The notes under the pieces: generated by a model
Seen by the model: the letters and a program-made list of their open reading frames with translations, nothing else
Databases searched by the model: none
What the model was told of the DNA's origin: nothing
Origin: an uncultured Actinomycetota bacterium
Lineage (GTDB): Bacteria; Actinomycetota; Actinomycetes; Mycobacteriales; SCTD01
Assembly: GCA_963815615.1 (NCBI GenBank)
Contig: CAWFHF010000008.1
Span: 8,766 to 72,765, forward strand
Direction: 5' to 3'
DNA length: 64,000 nucleotides
Shown: positions 54,201-63,794 of the stretch, one piece after another
Numbering within the stretch: position 1 is the stretch's first letter
How the letters are laid out: each line of letters starts with the position of its first letter
Program-made: the position numbers and the translations under genes

Positions 54201-54599
54201 CACAGCGACCGCTTCGCCACGCTCGTCCTGGCCGTGCTGACGCCGCTCGCCGGCGGCTTCTCGGTCGAGGCCGTGTGGGCCGGGCACCCGCCCGCACTGC
54301 TGCTGCGCGACGGCGCCGTCGAGCTGGTCTCCGGCAGCGGCATGCCCGTCGGCCTGTTCCCCGACCCCGACCTCGAGCCGGTCCGCTTCCTGGTCCGCAC
54401 CGGGGAGACGCTGCTGCTGCACACCGACGGCCTGCTCGAGCGCGAGGGCGAGGTGCTCGACGACGACGTCCTCGTCGACCTGCTCGTCGCGCAGGGCGAG
54501 GCGCCCGTCGACGAGGCCCTGGAGGCGGTCGCCGCGGCGGTCGACCGCCTGCGGCCCGCCCGCGACGACGTCGCCGCCGTGGCCCTGCGCGCCGTCTAG
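51291..54599 (+). CDS. multidomain regulator: RsbW-like HATPase + helical region + GAF modules + C-terminal PP2C/SpoIIE phosphatase
   Basis: Uninterrupted 1102-codon frame from ATG 51291 (GAGG 5 nt upstream) within ORF 50124..54599. [25 protein letters not shown]; GAF-like [11 protein letters not shown]; PP2[33 protein letters not shown]. Confidence 0.85.
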   Translation: MTTATPLHLSPGPGSTSAGRAYADAQLAGVDPEVVDDAKLVLTELVTNAQLHGLAPIELRVERRGAGARVEVRDASTRSVVLPVQDDGAMTGRGLRLVAALAAAWGVDPVPDGAGKVVWAELVPQAGHDAGSPQLGGAALPDPWRDQPDEQLHTVRLGAVPTGLLLEAKRHVDGVVRELTLERAGADAPLPPEVEALIDTVTRTFVRARTGVKEQAVAAAARGDRQTELVLHLPVSSVEAGERYLEALDEVDRYARQARLLTLETPLLHRLFRRWYVCALVEQLRAHAAGEEPDEPKPFVEVLVGEVDELSGLRETAHRLDLLQRVNAALTDAHTAEGMARIVLSAAVRELDASTARVYVVQEGRLHAIGQSVALKAGTAGYDSLDLDADLPGPVVLRSGQPLVLRTVAQLVERFPVLAGVYDSERSLHVVPLEVGRHRLGVLALGFAPSSRYDEAAQTAYVRALADALAQGLERIEVADRLARLGAPPVGEPAPPGSAQVSVGGEGERRLVDLAGAAEAIAGARSVERLLEVVAEAARSVVGTHQSVATRLYGGTWQHASTHVSLSDDYAQWRSYDVVPQGLGVLNAVTRENRPLRLTADQLLEHPEYRGLRDAPGHPPMPDYLAAPLISRDGHNIGLIQLSHKQDGTDFDDADEAVAVQLALMVSAALEHVETAAELEQALDRLRAEQDVVSALHDVGRAVTSRLEHAEVVQVVTDAATSMTGAQFGAFFYNVLDERGETYSLYTISGVPREAFSRFPMPRNTDVFAPTFGGEGVVRLDDVTADPRYGHMAPHHGMPEGHLPVRSYLAVPVSLKDGEVIGGLFFGHADEGVFDEDAERLAVGIAGYASIALENGRLYDAARQVAREKEEVAAALEGPLQPPELPVIPGLHLAAVFQPLGGTGRLGGDFYDVFPIPGGRWVLALGDVAGKGPGAAAVTGLVRQTLWGAAQYAPDPLAVARSVNDALLRQHSDRFATLVLAVLTPLAGGFSVEAVWAGHPPALLLRDGAVELVSGSGMPVGLFPDPDLEPVRFLVRTGETLLLHTDGLLEREGEVLDDDVLVDLLVAQGEAPVDEALEAVAAAVDRLRPARDDVAAVALRAV

Positions 54600-54695
54600 G
54601 CAGCCAGCTGGGCCCGGAGGCGGTTCGCCGACCGCGTCCGGGGCCAGACCGTCCTGGGCGGTGTCCTGCCGCCCTGCCGCCGACGGAGACCGCAC

Positions 54696-55925
54696 GTGAC
54701 CCTGCTGCTCGCCTTCGCCCTCGTGCTGTTCGCCGGGACCCTGCTGTCGGAGCTGGCGAACCGCACCGTGCTGTCCACGGCGGTGCTGTTCCTCGTTGCC
54801 GGGTTCGTCCTCGGCGACGGCGTGACCGGGCTCGTCGACCTGCGCCCCGACGACGAGATCGTCACCGCCCTGGCCGAGCTGGCCCTGTTCAGCGTCCTGT
54901 TCACCGACGGCATGCGGGTCGCGCCCGCCGACCTGCGGCGCGCCTGGCGGCTGCCCGGCCGGGCCCTGGTGCTGGGCATGCCGCTGACCTTCGCGGTGAC
55001 GGCGCTGCTGGCCCGGACGGTCGCCGGCCTGCCGTGGACGGAGTCGATGCTCGTCGGCGCGGTGCTGGCCCCGACCGACCCGGTGTTCGCCAGCGCCATC
55101 GTCGGGCGGCAGGAGGTGCCGGCCCGGCTGCGCTCGCTGCTGAACGTGGAGAGCGGGCTGAACGACGGGCTGGCGCTGCCCGTGGTGCTGGTCCTCATCG
55201 CCGTGCTCGGGCAGCAGGAGCTCTCCGGGGGCGAGCTGCTCACGGAGCTGCTGCTCGGCGTGGCGCTGGGGGTGGCCGTGCCGGCCGTCGCGGCGCCGTT
55301 CGTGCGCAGCCGCTACACGGCGGCCACCCCGCTCTACGCGGCGCTCGGAGGCCTGTCGATCGGGCTGGTGCTGCTCGGCCTGGCCGGCGTGCTGCACGCC
55401 AACCTCTTCCTCGCGGCCTTCACCGGCGGCATCACGGTGGCGGCCCTGACCCCGCAGGTCGAGGAGGCGTTCACCGAGTTCGGCGAGCTGGTCACCGAGC
55501 TGCTGAAGCTGGCGGCGATCCTGGTGTTCGGGGCCCTGATCAGCCCCGCCTTCCTCGGCGAGATCCCCGTCAGCGGGTACGTCTTCGGCCTGCTGGCGCT
55601 GGTCGTCGCCCGCCCCGTCGCGATCGTGCTGGCGCTGCTGGGCAGCACGCTGTCGTGGCCGGAGCGGGGCGTCGCGGCGTGGTTCGGCCCCAAGGGCTTC
55701 GCGTCGGTCGTCTACGGCCTGCTCGTCCTGGAGGCCGACCTGCCCCGCTCGGACGAGCTGTTCCACCTCATCGCGCTGGTGATCACCGCGTCGATCCTGG
55801 CGCACTCCTCGACCGACGTCCCGATCGCCAAGGCCTTCGGGCGGCGGCAGCAGGAGCAGGAACGGGAAGGGCGGACGCCGGCGCTCATGCCGGCGCTACC
55901 GTCCGCCCATGAGCCTCCCCCCTGA
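54696..55925 (+). CDS. cation:proton antiporter (CPA1, Na+/H+ exchanger type)
   Basis: Intact 409-aa ORF with about 11-12 TM helices and the motifs APTDPVFA and NVESGLNDGLALP. Confidence 0.85.
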   Translation: MTLLLAFALVLFAGTLLSELANRTVLSTAVLFLVAGFVLGDGVTGLVDLRPDDEIVTALAELALFSVLFTDGMRVAPADLRRAWRLPGRALVLGMPLTFAVTALLARTVAGLPWTESMLVGAVLAPTDPVFASAIVGRQEVPARLRSLLNVESGLNDGLALPVVLVLIAVLGQQELSGGELLTELLLGVALGVAVPAVAAPFVRSRYTAATPLYAALGGLSIGLVLLGLAGVLHANLFLAAFTGGITVAALTPQVEEAFTEFGELVTELLKLAAILVFGALISPAFLGEIPVSGYVFGLLALVVARPVAIVLALLGSTLSWPERGVAAWFGPKGFASVVYGLLVLEADLPRSDELFHLIALVITASILAHSSTDVPIAKAFGRRQQEQEREGRTPALMPALPSAHEPPP

Positions 55926-57319
55926 GCTGTCCACCGCGCTGTCGGCCGCCGCGGCGGTGCGCCGTCGGGAGGTGAGCCCGCTGGAGCTGCTCGACGCCTG
56001 CCTGGCCGAGGTCGACCGCACCGACCCCGCGGTCAACGCCGTCGTGTGGCGCGACGACGAGCAGCACCGGGCCGCGGCACGTGCCGCGGGCGAGGCGGTC
56101 GTGCGGGGCGACGAGCTCGGGCCGTTCCACGGCGTGCCGGTGCCGGTCAAGGACCTCACCCCGGTCGCCGGCTGGCCGACGACGTTCGGCTCCCACGGCG
56201 CGCCCGAGGGCACGTCGCCGGAGGACGAGCTGGTGGTCGCGGCGCTGCGCCGCGCGGGCTTCGTGCTCGCCGGGCGCACCAACACCCCCGAGTTCGGCCC
56301 CATCACGGTCGCCGAGAACCTGCGCTACGGCGCCACCCGCAACCCGTGGGACCTCGACCGCAGCCCGGGCGGGAGCAGCGGCGGTGCGGCCGCGGCGGTC
56401 GCGGCCGGCATGTTCCCCGTCGCGCACGCCAACGACGGCGGCGGGTCCATCCGCATCCCCGCCTCGTGCTGCGGGCTGGTCGGCCTCAAGCCCAGCCGCG
56501 GCCGGGTCCCGACCACCGTCACCGCCTGGGAGGGCGCCGCCGTCGAGGGCGTCGTCACCCGCACCGTCGCGGACACCGCGGCCCTGCTCGACGCGCTCAG
56601 CGGCCCGGACCGGCTCAGCTGGTACAACGCCCCGGCCCCCGAGCGGCCCTTCGCGCAGGAGGTCGGGGCCGAGCCCGGCACCCTGCGCATCGGCGTCGTC
56701 GAGGTCCCGCCGCTGGGCATGCCGCTGGACCCGCAGTGCCTGCAGGCCGTCCGCGACACCGCCGCCCGGCTGGCCGACCTCGGGCACGCCGTCGAGCTGG
56801 TCGCCCTGGAGGTGCCCGGACGCCGCCCTCGGTGCCTTCCTCGCGATGGTCGACTCAGGCCTGGCCGACTACGCCGACGTCGACTGGTCGCGCACCGAGC
56901 CGCACATCCAGGCCGCCCGGGCGCACGCGCAGAGCATCGACAGCCTCACCTACGTCGGCGCCGTCCACGACCTGCAGCGCTACAGCCGCACCTCCGTGGC
57001 GCGGTGGGGCAGCGAGTTCGACGTCCTGCTGACGCCGACGATGAGCATCCTGCCGCCGCCGGTGGGCCTGCTCGAGGAGGTGCACGCCGCCCCCGACGCG
57101 CCGCACCTCACCGTCTTCGCCATGGCCCTGTTCAACGCGTTCTTCAACGTCAGCGGCCAGCCGGCGGTGTCCCTGCCGCTGGCCACCAGCACCGAGGGGC
57201 TGCCGATCGGCGTCCAGCTCGTCGGCGGGCCGTGGGAGGAGCACGTCCTGCTGCGCCTGGCGAGCCAGCTGGAGGCGGCGCACCCGTGGGCCGACCGCCG
57301 GCCCCCGCTGGCCGGCTGA
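55909..57319 (+). pseudogene. amidase signature family enzyme, one +1 frame change
   Basis: [26 protein letters not shown] in ORF 55909..57438. After a change near 56820 it continues into the tail of ORF 56081..57319 (NVSGQPAVSLPL..GLPIGVQLVG). Confidence 0.85.
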
Positions 57320-57326
57320 GCGTCGG

Positions 57327-58286
57327 TCAGGAGGTCCCGCCGCTGCTGACCGGAACCGTGCTGGCGTCGCGCGGGTCGCCGCCGACCGGCCCGCCGTCGC
57401 GCCAGACGGGCAGCAGCCGGCCGTCCTCGTCGAGGTAGTCGCGCCAGCTGCGCGTGGGCTGCCACCCGAGCATCCGCACCGCCTTCGCGCAGCTGATGCC
57501 GGACGCGTCGACCCGGTCCAGCGCGCGCAGCGCGATCCGGTCGCCGTAGTGCTCGCGCAGGACGGCGGCGAAGTCGTGGCCGCCGGCGTTGTCCGGCGAC
57601 GCCACGTAGAACACCTCGTGCCCGGGCAGGTCGGTCTCGACGGCGAGCCGGGTCGCCTCGGCCAGGTCGTACACGTCGATGTAGGACCACAGGTTCGGCG
57701 ACAGCACCGAGGCGTCGCGCACCTGCGGCCCGAGGTTGCGCTCGTAGGTGCCCTCGTGCTGCACCCACGAGGGACGGATGCTGGTGCAGCGCAGGTCGCT
57801 GCGGCGCACGCAGGCGTCGAGCACCTGCTCGGCCAGGTGCTTGGCCAGCGCGTACGGGTCCTGCGGGGCGACCGGGTGCTGCTCGTCGACCGGTGCGTAC
57901 TCGGGCAGGAACGGCCGCTCCGGGAAGAAGAAGCCGGGCACCGTCTCCGACGACATCTGCACGAAGCGGCGCACGCCGAAGCGGACCGCCGCCTCCGACA
58001 GGTGGAAGACCGCCAGCAGGTTGTTCGCGAAGACCTCGTGCGCCGGGTTGTGGGTCGGCTCCGGCAGGGCCGCGCAGTGCACGACGGCGTCGGGCCGGGA
58101 GCTCAGCAGCGCGAAGCAGTCGCCCGCGTCGCGCAGGTCGACCTGCACGTAGCCCGGCTCGCCGTCGGCCCGCTCGAACACCGGCGGCAGCCGGTCGGCG
58201 CCCGTGACGTCGTGCCCGGCGGCGACGAGGTCGCGCACCACCGCCCGCCCGACCTTGCCGCGTGAACCGGTGACGACGACGCGCAT
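57327..58286 (-). CDS. NAD-dependent epimerase/dehydratase family protein
   Basis: ATG 58286 (GAGGAG 4 nt upstream). MRVVVTGSRGKVGRAVV (GxxGxxG) and YALAKHL (YxxxK). Confidence 0.85.
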   Translation of the reverse strand: MRVVVTGSRGKVGRAVVRDLVAAGHDVTGADRLPPVFERADGEPGYVQVDLRDAGDCFALLSSRPDAVVHCAALPEPTHNPAHEVFANNLLAVFHLSEAAVRFGVRRFVQMSSETVPGFFFPERPFLPEYAPVDEQHPVAPQDPYALAKHLAEQVLDACVRRSDLRCTSIRPSWVQHEGTYERNLGPQVRDASVLSPNLWSYIDVYDLAEATRLAVETDLPGHEVFYVASPDNAGGHDFAAVLREHYGDRIALRALDRVDASGISCAKAVRMLGWQPTRSWRDYLDEDGRLLPVWRDGGPVGGDPRDASTVPVSSGGTS

Positions 58287-58436
58287 GCTGCTCCTCGGGG
58301 TGTTCGGCCTGGCCTGCTCCGGGACCGTGCCCGTGCTGCCCGGTCGGCACTCCGACGGGGCCGGCCGGCGTCCGGGCACCCGTGCCGGGGCAGGACGCGG
58401 GCACCGCCGCAGCCGCGGCCCGAGCAGGAGGCCCCC

Positions 58437-58613
58437 GTGACCGAGCAGACCCCGCAGGACAGCAGCACGCAGGACAGCACGCAGGACGTCGGCACCACCG
58501 ACCCGGACGTCGTCGGCGCCGACGGTGAGCCGACCCTGACCGACGGCGGCCCGTCCGAGGGCGCGCTCATCGCCGAGGCCGTGCAGGACGTGCAGCAGCA
58601 GGGCGCGCTCTGA
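58437..58613 (+). CDS. small acidic protein (58 aa), unannotated in the ORF track
   Basis: GTG 58437 is preceded by AGGAGG with a 5-nt spacer. GC3-saturated codons, no internal stop. VTEQTPQDSSTQDSTQDVGTTDPDVVGADGEPTLTDGGPSEGALIAEAVQDVQQQGAL, ending at TGA 58611-58613. Confidence 0.45.
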   Translation: MTEQTPQDSSTQDSTQDVGTTDPDVVGADGEPTLTDGGPSEGALIAEAVQDVQQQGAL

Positions 58614-58629
58614 CCGGCTGAGGGAGCCG

Positions 58630-59943
58630 TCAGTCGGGCGCGGCCGCCGGCGCCAGGGCGTCGCCGAGCTCGCGCCAGCGGGTGCGCAGGGCGGTGACGG
58701 CGTCGTCCAGGCCGAGGGCGACGCACCGCCCGTCCTGCTGCCGGACGACGCCCAGGCGCTCGAGCTTGCCGACGGCGTCCGCCACCTCGAAGTCGACGCG
58801 CTGCCCGTCGAGGCGCCCGCTGGTGCGCAGCCGCTCCTCGACCCGCTCGTCCAGCACCTCCTGGGCGAGGGGGCCGTCGAGCAGGCAGCGGTAGGCCAGC
58901 AGCGCCTCCTTGACGTCCTCCTCCTCGGCGGCGTCGAGCACGGTGAACAGCACGCCCGGGCCGGCGCCCACCGTCTTGTAGTAGAGGTTCTCCGACAGCG
59001 TCTTCATGAACGACGTCCGCCGGCTGGTGAACTTGCCGTACTGGCGCCACAGGTACGCGCCGACGGCGACGAACCCGCCCAGCAGGGTCACCAGCGTGCC
59101 GGTGTCGAGCTCGGGAGAGCGGCTGCGCAGCCCCACCGCCGCCCCCAGGAACAGCAGCAGCAGCCCGAGCGCCGTGGCCAGCTTGGTCACCGCGACCACG
59201 ATGCCGCTCGCGAGGGCGGGCACCCCGATGACGACCTTGTCGATGGTCCGCATCCGGACCTCGGTGTTGGGCAGCAGCATCTCCAGGTCCTTCTCCGGGA
59301 CCTCCTGGAACAGCTTGAGCACGGCCTTGCCCGGCAGGAAGGGCAGCGCGTCGACGTCGCGCCCCCGGTCGGCGAACCACTGCCGGTCGCGGTAGCGCGC
59401 GTAGAGCACGACCCGCCGGTACTCGAGGTAGTCGAGCTCCTGCGACCGCAGCCCCCACCAGCGCTCCTGCCGCTCGTGCCGGTGGGTCAGGCCGCGGCGG
59501 AACAGCAGCAGGTCGGCGAAGTCGTCGAGGTCGGCGTCGAGCCGCACCTGGAAGACCGACGACTCGCCCAGCGCGTCGTCCAGGACGCTGCGCGGCACCT
59601 CGTCGTAGTTGGCGGCGTCGAGCACGGAGCGCAGCTCGGCGACCAGGTGCTCCTCGGCCTCGGGCCCGTCCGGGCTGCCGGCGTCCGCGCGCTGCGCCCG
59701 TGCCTCGACGTCCGGGGAGAACGGGGCGTACGCGTCCTTGGCCCGCTGCCAGCGCTCCCGGTAGGAGGCGTGCACCAGGGCGCCGAGCAGGTCCGACACC
59801 TGGCGCAGGCCCGGACGGTCGTCGGCGGGCAGGTCGGACAGGCAGAGCTCCAGCGCCTCGTCCGGCCGCAGCGGCAGGTAGCGCTGGCCGGCGTCGGGGG
59901 GCGGGTCCGCGGGGGCGTCGCCCGCGCTGCCCGGGCTAGCCAC
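58630..59943 (-). CDS. DUF3754 (TMEM143-like) membrane protein
   Basis: Intact 437-aa ORF. LKLFQEVPEKDLEMLLPNTEVRMRTIDKVVIGVPALASGIVVAV plus two TM helices. Family from memory. Confidence 0.6.
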   Translation of the reverse strand: MASPGSAGDAPADPPPDAGQRYLPLRPDEALELCLSDLPADDRPGLRQVSDLLGALVHASYRERWQRAKDAYAPFSPDVEARAQRADAGSPDGPEAEEHLVAELRSVLDAANYDEVPRSVLDDALGESSVFQVRLDADLDDFADLLLFRRGLTHRHERQERWWGLRSQELDYLEYRRVVLYARYRDRQWFADRGRDVDALPFLPGKAVLKLFQEVPEKDLEMLLPNTEVRMRTIDKVVIGVPALASGIVVAVTKLATALGLLLLFLGAAVGLRSRSPELDTGTLVTLLGGFVAVGAYLWRQYGKFTSRRTSFMKTLSENLYYKTVGAGPGVLFTVLDAAEEEDVKEALLAYRCLLDGPLAQEVLDERVEERLRTSGRLDGQRVDFEVADAVGKLERLGVVRQQDGRCVALGLDDAVTALRTRWRELGDALAPAAAPD

Positions 59944-60790
59944 GCACCCGCAGCTGCAGCCGCCCGGCCCGCGCCCGCACCTCGAACGAGCGCTGCGGCG
60001 ACGTCGCCGGCCCGCGGGCGACGGACCCGTCCTCGAGCCGGAAGCGGCTGGCGTGCCAGGGGCAGACCAGGCAGCCGTCCTCGACGGTGCCCTCCTCCAG
60101 CGGCGCCCCGTAGTGGCTGCAGACGGCGCCCATCGCCGACACCCCCGACGGCGTCCGCACGAGCACGACCGGCTGCCCGTCGACGTCGACCCGCAGCGGG
60201 GCGTCGCCGAGCTCGTCCTCGGCGCACGCGTCGGTCCAGGCCGTCGGCTCCTTCGGGCGGTCGGCGTTGCGGTTCACGCCGACGCCCTCGCTGTAGGCCA
60301 GGTGACCGCCGAGGTAGCCGCCGACGCCCAGCGTGACGGCACCGAGCAGCGCCAGGTCGCGCCCGCGGCGGTCGTCGCCGCGCCGCCGCGCGAGCCAGCT
60401 GGCGGCGTAGACGGCGGCCGTGACGGTGTTGGCCAGGCTGTGCACGAGACCGACCCGCTTGGGGCGGTCGAACGCGCCGAGCTCGGACCAGTCGGCCAGG
60501 CCGGTGGCGGCGGTGGGCAGCACGGCCAGCACGCCCGCGCCGACCAGCCGCTGGGCGGCCCGCCTGCCGCCCTCGCCGGCGGTCAGGTCCAGCAGGCTCG
60601 CACCGGTCCACATGCCGATCGGCACGGCGACCAGCAGCGGGTGCACCGGGTGGCCGAGCCAGGTCCCGTGCAGGGCGTCCTTGACCGGCCCCTGCGGCAG
60701 CACCGCCCGGGTCGCCGACTCCAGCACCTTCGCCGCCGGGTCGAGGGGCGCGGCCTGCTCGATCCGGCCTGTCAGGGTGGTCCACCACAT
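59936..60790 (-). CDS. DUF2231-like 4-TM domain fused to a Rieske [2Fe-2S] domain
   Basis: Intact 284-aa ORF. HPVHPLLVAVPIG membrane part; Rieske ligands CSHYGAPL..CPWHASRF. Its 3' end overlaps the next gene start by 8 nt. Confidence 0.8.
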   Translation of the reverse strand: MWWTTLTGRIEQAAPLDPAAKVLESATRAVLPQGPVKDALHGTWLGHPVHPLLVAVPIGMWTGASLLDLTAGEGGRRAAQRLVGAGVLAVLPTAATGLADWSELGAFDRPKRVGLVHSLANTVTAAVYAASWLARRRGDDRRGRDLALLGAVTLGVGGYLGGHLAYSEGVGVNRNADRPKEPTAWTDACAEDELGDAPLRVDVDGQPVVLVRTPSGVSAMGAVCSHYGAPLEEGTVEDGCLVCPWHASRFRLEDGSVARGPATSPQRSFEVRARAGRLQLRVRG

Positions 60791-60874
60791 GGCCGTGCCT
60801 CCGTCGTCGTCGGTGCTGCTCGGCGCACCCCTTCCCCCGCGGCGGCCGGCAGACCCCCGGTGCTACGAAGAGGC

Positions 60875-61339
60875 GTGGACACCGTCTTCTCCGCCTCCGT
60901 GGTCGTCGCCGGCACGCCCGAGCAGGTCTACGACGTCGTCAGCGACGTCTCCCGGACCGGCGAGTGGAGCCCGGTCTGCACCGGCTGCACGTGGGACGAG
61001 GGGGCGGGACCGCAGGTCGGTGCGTGGTTCACCGGCACCAACGAGGTGCCGGGTCGCACCTGGACGACGCGGTCGCAGGTCGTCGTCGCCGAGCGCGGCC
61101 GGGAGTTCGCCTGGCGGGTCGGGGGCTCGCTCGTGCACTGGTCGTTCCGCACCGAGCCCGCGGGGGACGGCACCCTGCTGACCGAGTCGTGGGAGTTCCT
61201 GCCGGACGGCCTGGCCCTGTTCGCCGAGCGCTACGGCGACGACGCCCCCGCGCAGGTCGCCGACCGCACGCAGCAGGCCCGGGAGGGCATCCCGGTCACG
61301 CTGGCGGCGCTGCAGCGGCTGCTGGGCACGCCGGGCTAG
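60875..61339 (+). CDS. SRPBCC (START/polyketide-cyclase-like) family protein
   Basis: GTG 60875 within ORF 60053..61339. VVAGTPEQVYDVVSDVSRTGEWSP..FAWRV..WSFRTEP. Confidence 0.7.
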   Translation: MDTVFSASVVVAGTPEQVYDVVSDVSRTGEWSPVCTGCTWDEGAGPQVGAWFTGTNEVPGRTWTTRSQVVVAERGREFAWRVGGSLVHWSFRTEPAGDGTLLTESWEFLPDGLALFAERYGDDAPAQVADRTQQAREGIPVTLAALQRLLGTPG

Positions 61340-62740
61340 GGAGCGGGGACGGCCGCTCCGGTCGCCTGCCGCACCCGGCGCCGGCGGAGCTCGCCGGCCA
61401 CCAGGACGACGCCGAGGGTGAGCAGGCTGACGAGCAGGTCGGCCCGCGTCGCCGGCAGCAGCGCCATCGAGGCGATGACCACGACCATCGCGGCGACCGT
61501 GGCCCAGCTCAGGTAGGGGAACAGCCACATCCGCACCGGCAGGCCGTCCGGCTGCTCGGCCTCGAGCCGGCGGCGCAGCCGCACCTGCGACAGCGCGATG
61601 AGCAGGTAGACGAACAGCGCGACCGCGCCGTAGGAGTGGATGAGGAAGGCGAAGACCTTCCCGGGCGCGACGTAGCTGACGACCACCGACACGTAGCCCA
61701 GCACCGTGCCGGCCAGGATCGCCCGCAGCGGCACGCCGCTCGGCGAGACGCGGGCGAAGCGCGCGCGGCGCCTCCCCGCGGCGGGTGAGGGCGAACAGGA
61801 TCCGCGACGACGTGTACAGGCCGCTGTTGAGCGCCGACAGGACGGCGGTCAGCACCACGGCCCGCATGACGACGTCGGCCCCCGGCAGGCCCATCGCCGA
61901 CAGGGCGCTGATGTACGGGCTGTCGAGCGTCTCCTGGCTGGACCAGGGCCGGATCGCCACGACGAGGAAGACCGACCCGACGTAGAAGACGAGCACGCGC
62001 AGGACGACGGAGTTGGTGGCCCGCGCGACCGCCCGGCGCGGCTCCTGCGACTCGGCGGCGGCGATGGTCGCGATCTCGGCGCCGGTGAAGAAGGCCACCG
62101 CCGGGACGACGCCGGTCAGCACGGCGCCGAGGCCGTGGGGGGCGAAGCCGCCGTCGACGGTCAGGTTGGCCAGCCCGGGGCTCGGTGTGTCCCCCAGCCA
62201 CAGGCCGAGCAGGAAGCAGGCGCCGAGCAGGATGAAGGCGCAGATCGCAGCGATCTTGATCGAGGACAGCCAGTACTCGAACTCGCCGAACGAGCGGGCC
62301 GACACGGCGTTGCTCAGCGTCAGGACGACCATCAGCGCGAGGCTGAGCGCCCACAGCGGCACCGACGGCAGCCAGGCCTCCAGCAGGCCCGCCCCCGCGA
62401 CCGCCTCGACCGCGACGACGATGACCCAGAAGTACCAGTACAGCCAGCCGATGACGAAGCCCGCGCGGTCGCCGAGCCCGAGCCGGGCGTACTCGTAGAA
62501 CGAGCCGACGGCGGGCCGGCTGGCCGCCATCTCGCCGAGCATCCGCATGACCAGGATCGCCAGCACGCCGGCGAGCGCGAACGACACGACGGCTGCCGGC
62601 CCCGTCTCGTGGATGACCACCCCGCTGCCGACGAACAGTCCCGCACCGATCACGCCGCCGAGCGCGATCAGGGTCATGTGCCGCTGCTTCAGGCCGGCCT
62701 GCAGCCCGCCGGTGTCGATCGCGGCCTCGGTCGTCGCCAT
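61336..62740 (-). pseudogene. APC superfamily amino acid permease, one +1 frame change
   Basis: ORF 60863..62740 supplies the N-terminal ~320 aa (LKQRHMTLIALGGVIGAGLFVGSG). After a change near 61765 it continues into ORF 61336..61734 (PLRAILAGTVLGYVSVVVSYV..). Confidence 0.85.
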
Positions 62741-62833
62741 CGCCGTCCCTCGCCTCGCCCGTGCGGCGGGCCGGAGCGCCGCGCCGGGCGACGTCCTGCC
62801 CCCTCCGGCTCGAGGTCCACGCCCGGGACGGGC

Positions 62834-63130
62834 TCAGGGCTGGAAGGCGTGCTCGACGGTCAGCACGTCGTGCTCCGGCGTCGCGCCGAGCCGGCGCAGC
62901 AGCTCCAGCGCGGCCGGCGGCCGGCCCTGCTGACGCAGCGCGACGACGGCCTCCCGGCTCTCCCACAGCGTCTGGACGCACCAGGTGCCGTCCTGCCCCC
63001 GCAGGAGCTCGGTGCGCAGCAGCCCCGGGAGGGCCTCACCGGCGACCAGGTCGCGGAACCCCTGCACGAGCTCGGCCTCCCTGTCCTCGGCGACGCGGGC
63101 ACGGACGACGGTGACGACCTGGCTGCTCAT
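62834..63130 (-). CDS. ABM (antibiotic biosynthesis monooxygenase-like) small ferredoxin-fold protein
   Basis: ATG 63130 within ORF 62834..63253. About 98 aa. VVTVVRARV..WCVQTLWESREA. Confidence 0.6.
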   Translation of the reverse strand: MSSQVVTVVRARVAEDREAELVQGFRDLVAGEALPGLLRTELLRGQDGTWCVQTLWESREAVVALRQQGRPPAALELLRRLGATPEHDVLTVEHAFQP

Positions 63131-63138
63131 GGTCCCGA

Positions 63139-63156
63139 GTGTCGACGCGGTGTCGA
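63139..63156. promoter_or_regulatory. 7-bp direct repeat in 11-nt register in a divergent promoter region
   Basis: GTGTCGA occurs at 63139-63145 and 63150-63156, within the 88-nt gap between starts 63130 (-) and 63219 (+). Confidence 0.25.
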
Positions 63157-63218
63157 GGAGGTTGCGGCCGCGCAGGGCTACCGTCGCGCCGACTGCCGCT
63201 CGAGCTCCAGGAGGACCC

Positions 63219-63680
63219 GTGCCCCGCACCGTCGACCCCACGCAGGCCTCCACCGACGGCCTGACCTCCTCCCCGGTCGCCGAGGCCCTCGGCGGGCTGC
63301 GCGCGCACGAGGCCCGCTACTTCACGAGCAAGTTCCAGCACGCGTTCACCACCGAGGCGGCGCAGGACGCGCCGGAGGTGGTCGCCCGGGTCACCGGCGC
63401 CCTGCGCGAGCGCGACCTCGAGATCGCCTCCGCGCCGCTGGAGGCGACCGAGTTCGAGGTCGACGGCGTGCGCTGGTCCTACGTCTTCTACGAGTCCGGC
63501 CTCGCCGTCAACGTGCTCTGGACCCTCGCCGAGGGCGGCAAGCGGGCCGTCGGGTTCAAGCTCTCCGAGGGCATGGACGTGCCCGCCGAGCTCGAGCCCC
63601 ACTTCAGGTTCGCCCGTCAGCGGTCCGCGCTCGCCGGGACCATCCGCGGCTCGTACTTCGTGCTCAAGGGCGAGCACTGA
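63219..63680 (+). CDS. hypothetical protein (153 aa)
   Basis: GTG 63219 (AGGAGG, 4-nt spacer) within ORF 62985..63680. GC3-rich. No family recognised. Confidence 0.6.
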   Translation: MPRTVDPTQASTDGLTSSPVAEALGGLRAHEARYFTSKFQHAFTTEAAQDAPEVVARVTGALRERDLEIASAPLEATEFEVDGVRWSYVFYESGLAVNVLWTLAEGGKRAVGFKLSEGMDVPAELEPHFRFARQRSALAGTIRGSYFVLKGEH

Positions 63681-63794
63681 CCGCGTAGGGACGCTCGCCC
63701 CTGCCCTCACCCTCCCCCTCGTGGCGTTCCGACGGCGGCGGTGCGGGGCAGCAGGACCCGGGGCGCGCCCGGCGTCCCAGGGACAGGAGCAGCC

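Noticed and set aside
50610-55805. 1731-aa minus-strand ORF, the longest in the track
   Set aside because: Its translation is Arg/Gly/Pro/His-rich, low-complexity sequence antisense to three well-supported plus-strand genes. Only its last ~166 codons (the USP gene, 50610-51110) look real. Long stop-free antisense frames are expected in DNA this GC-rich.
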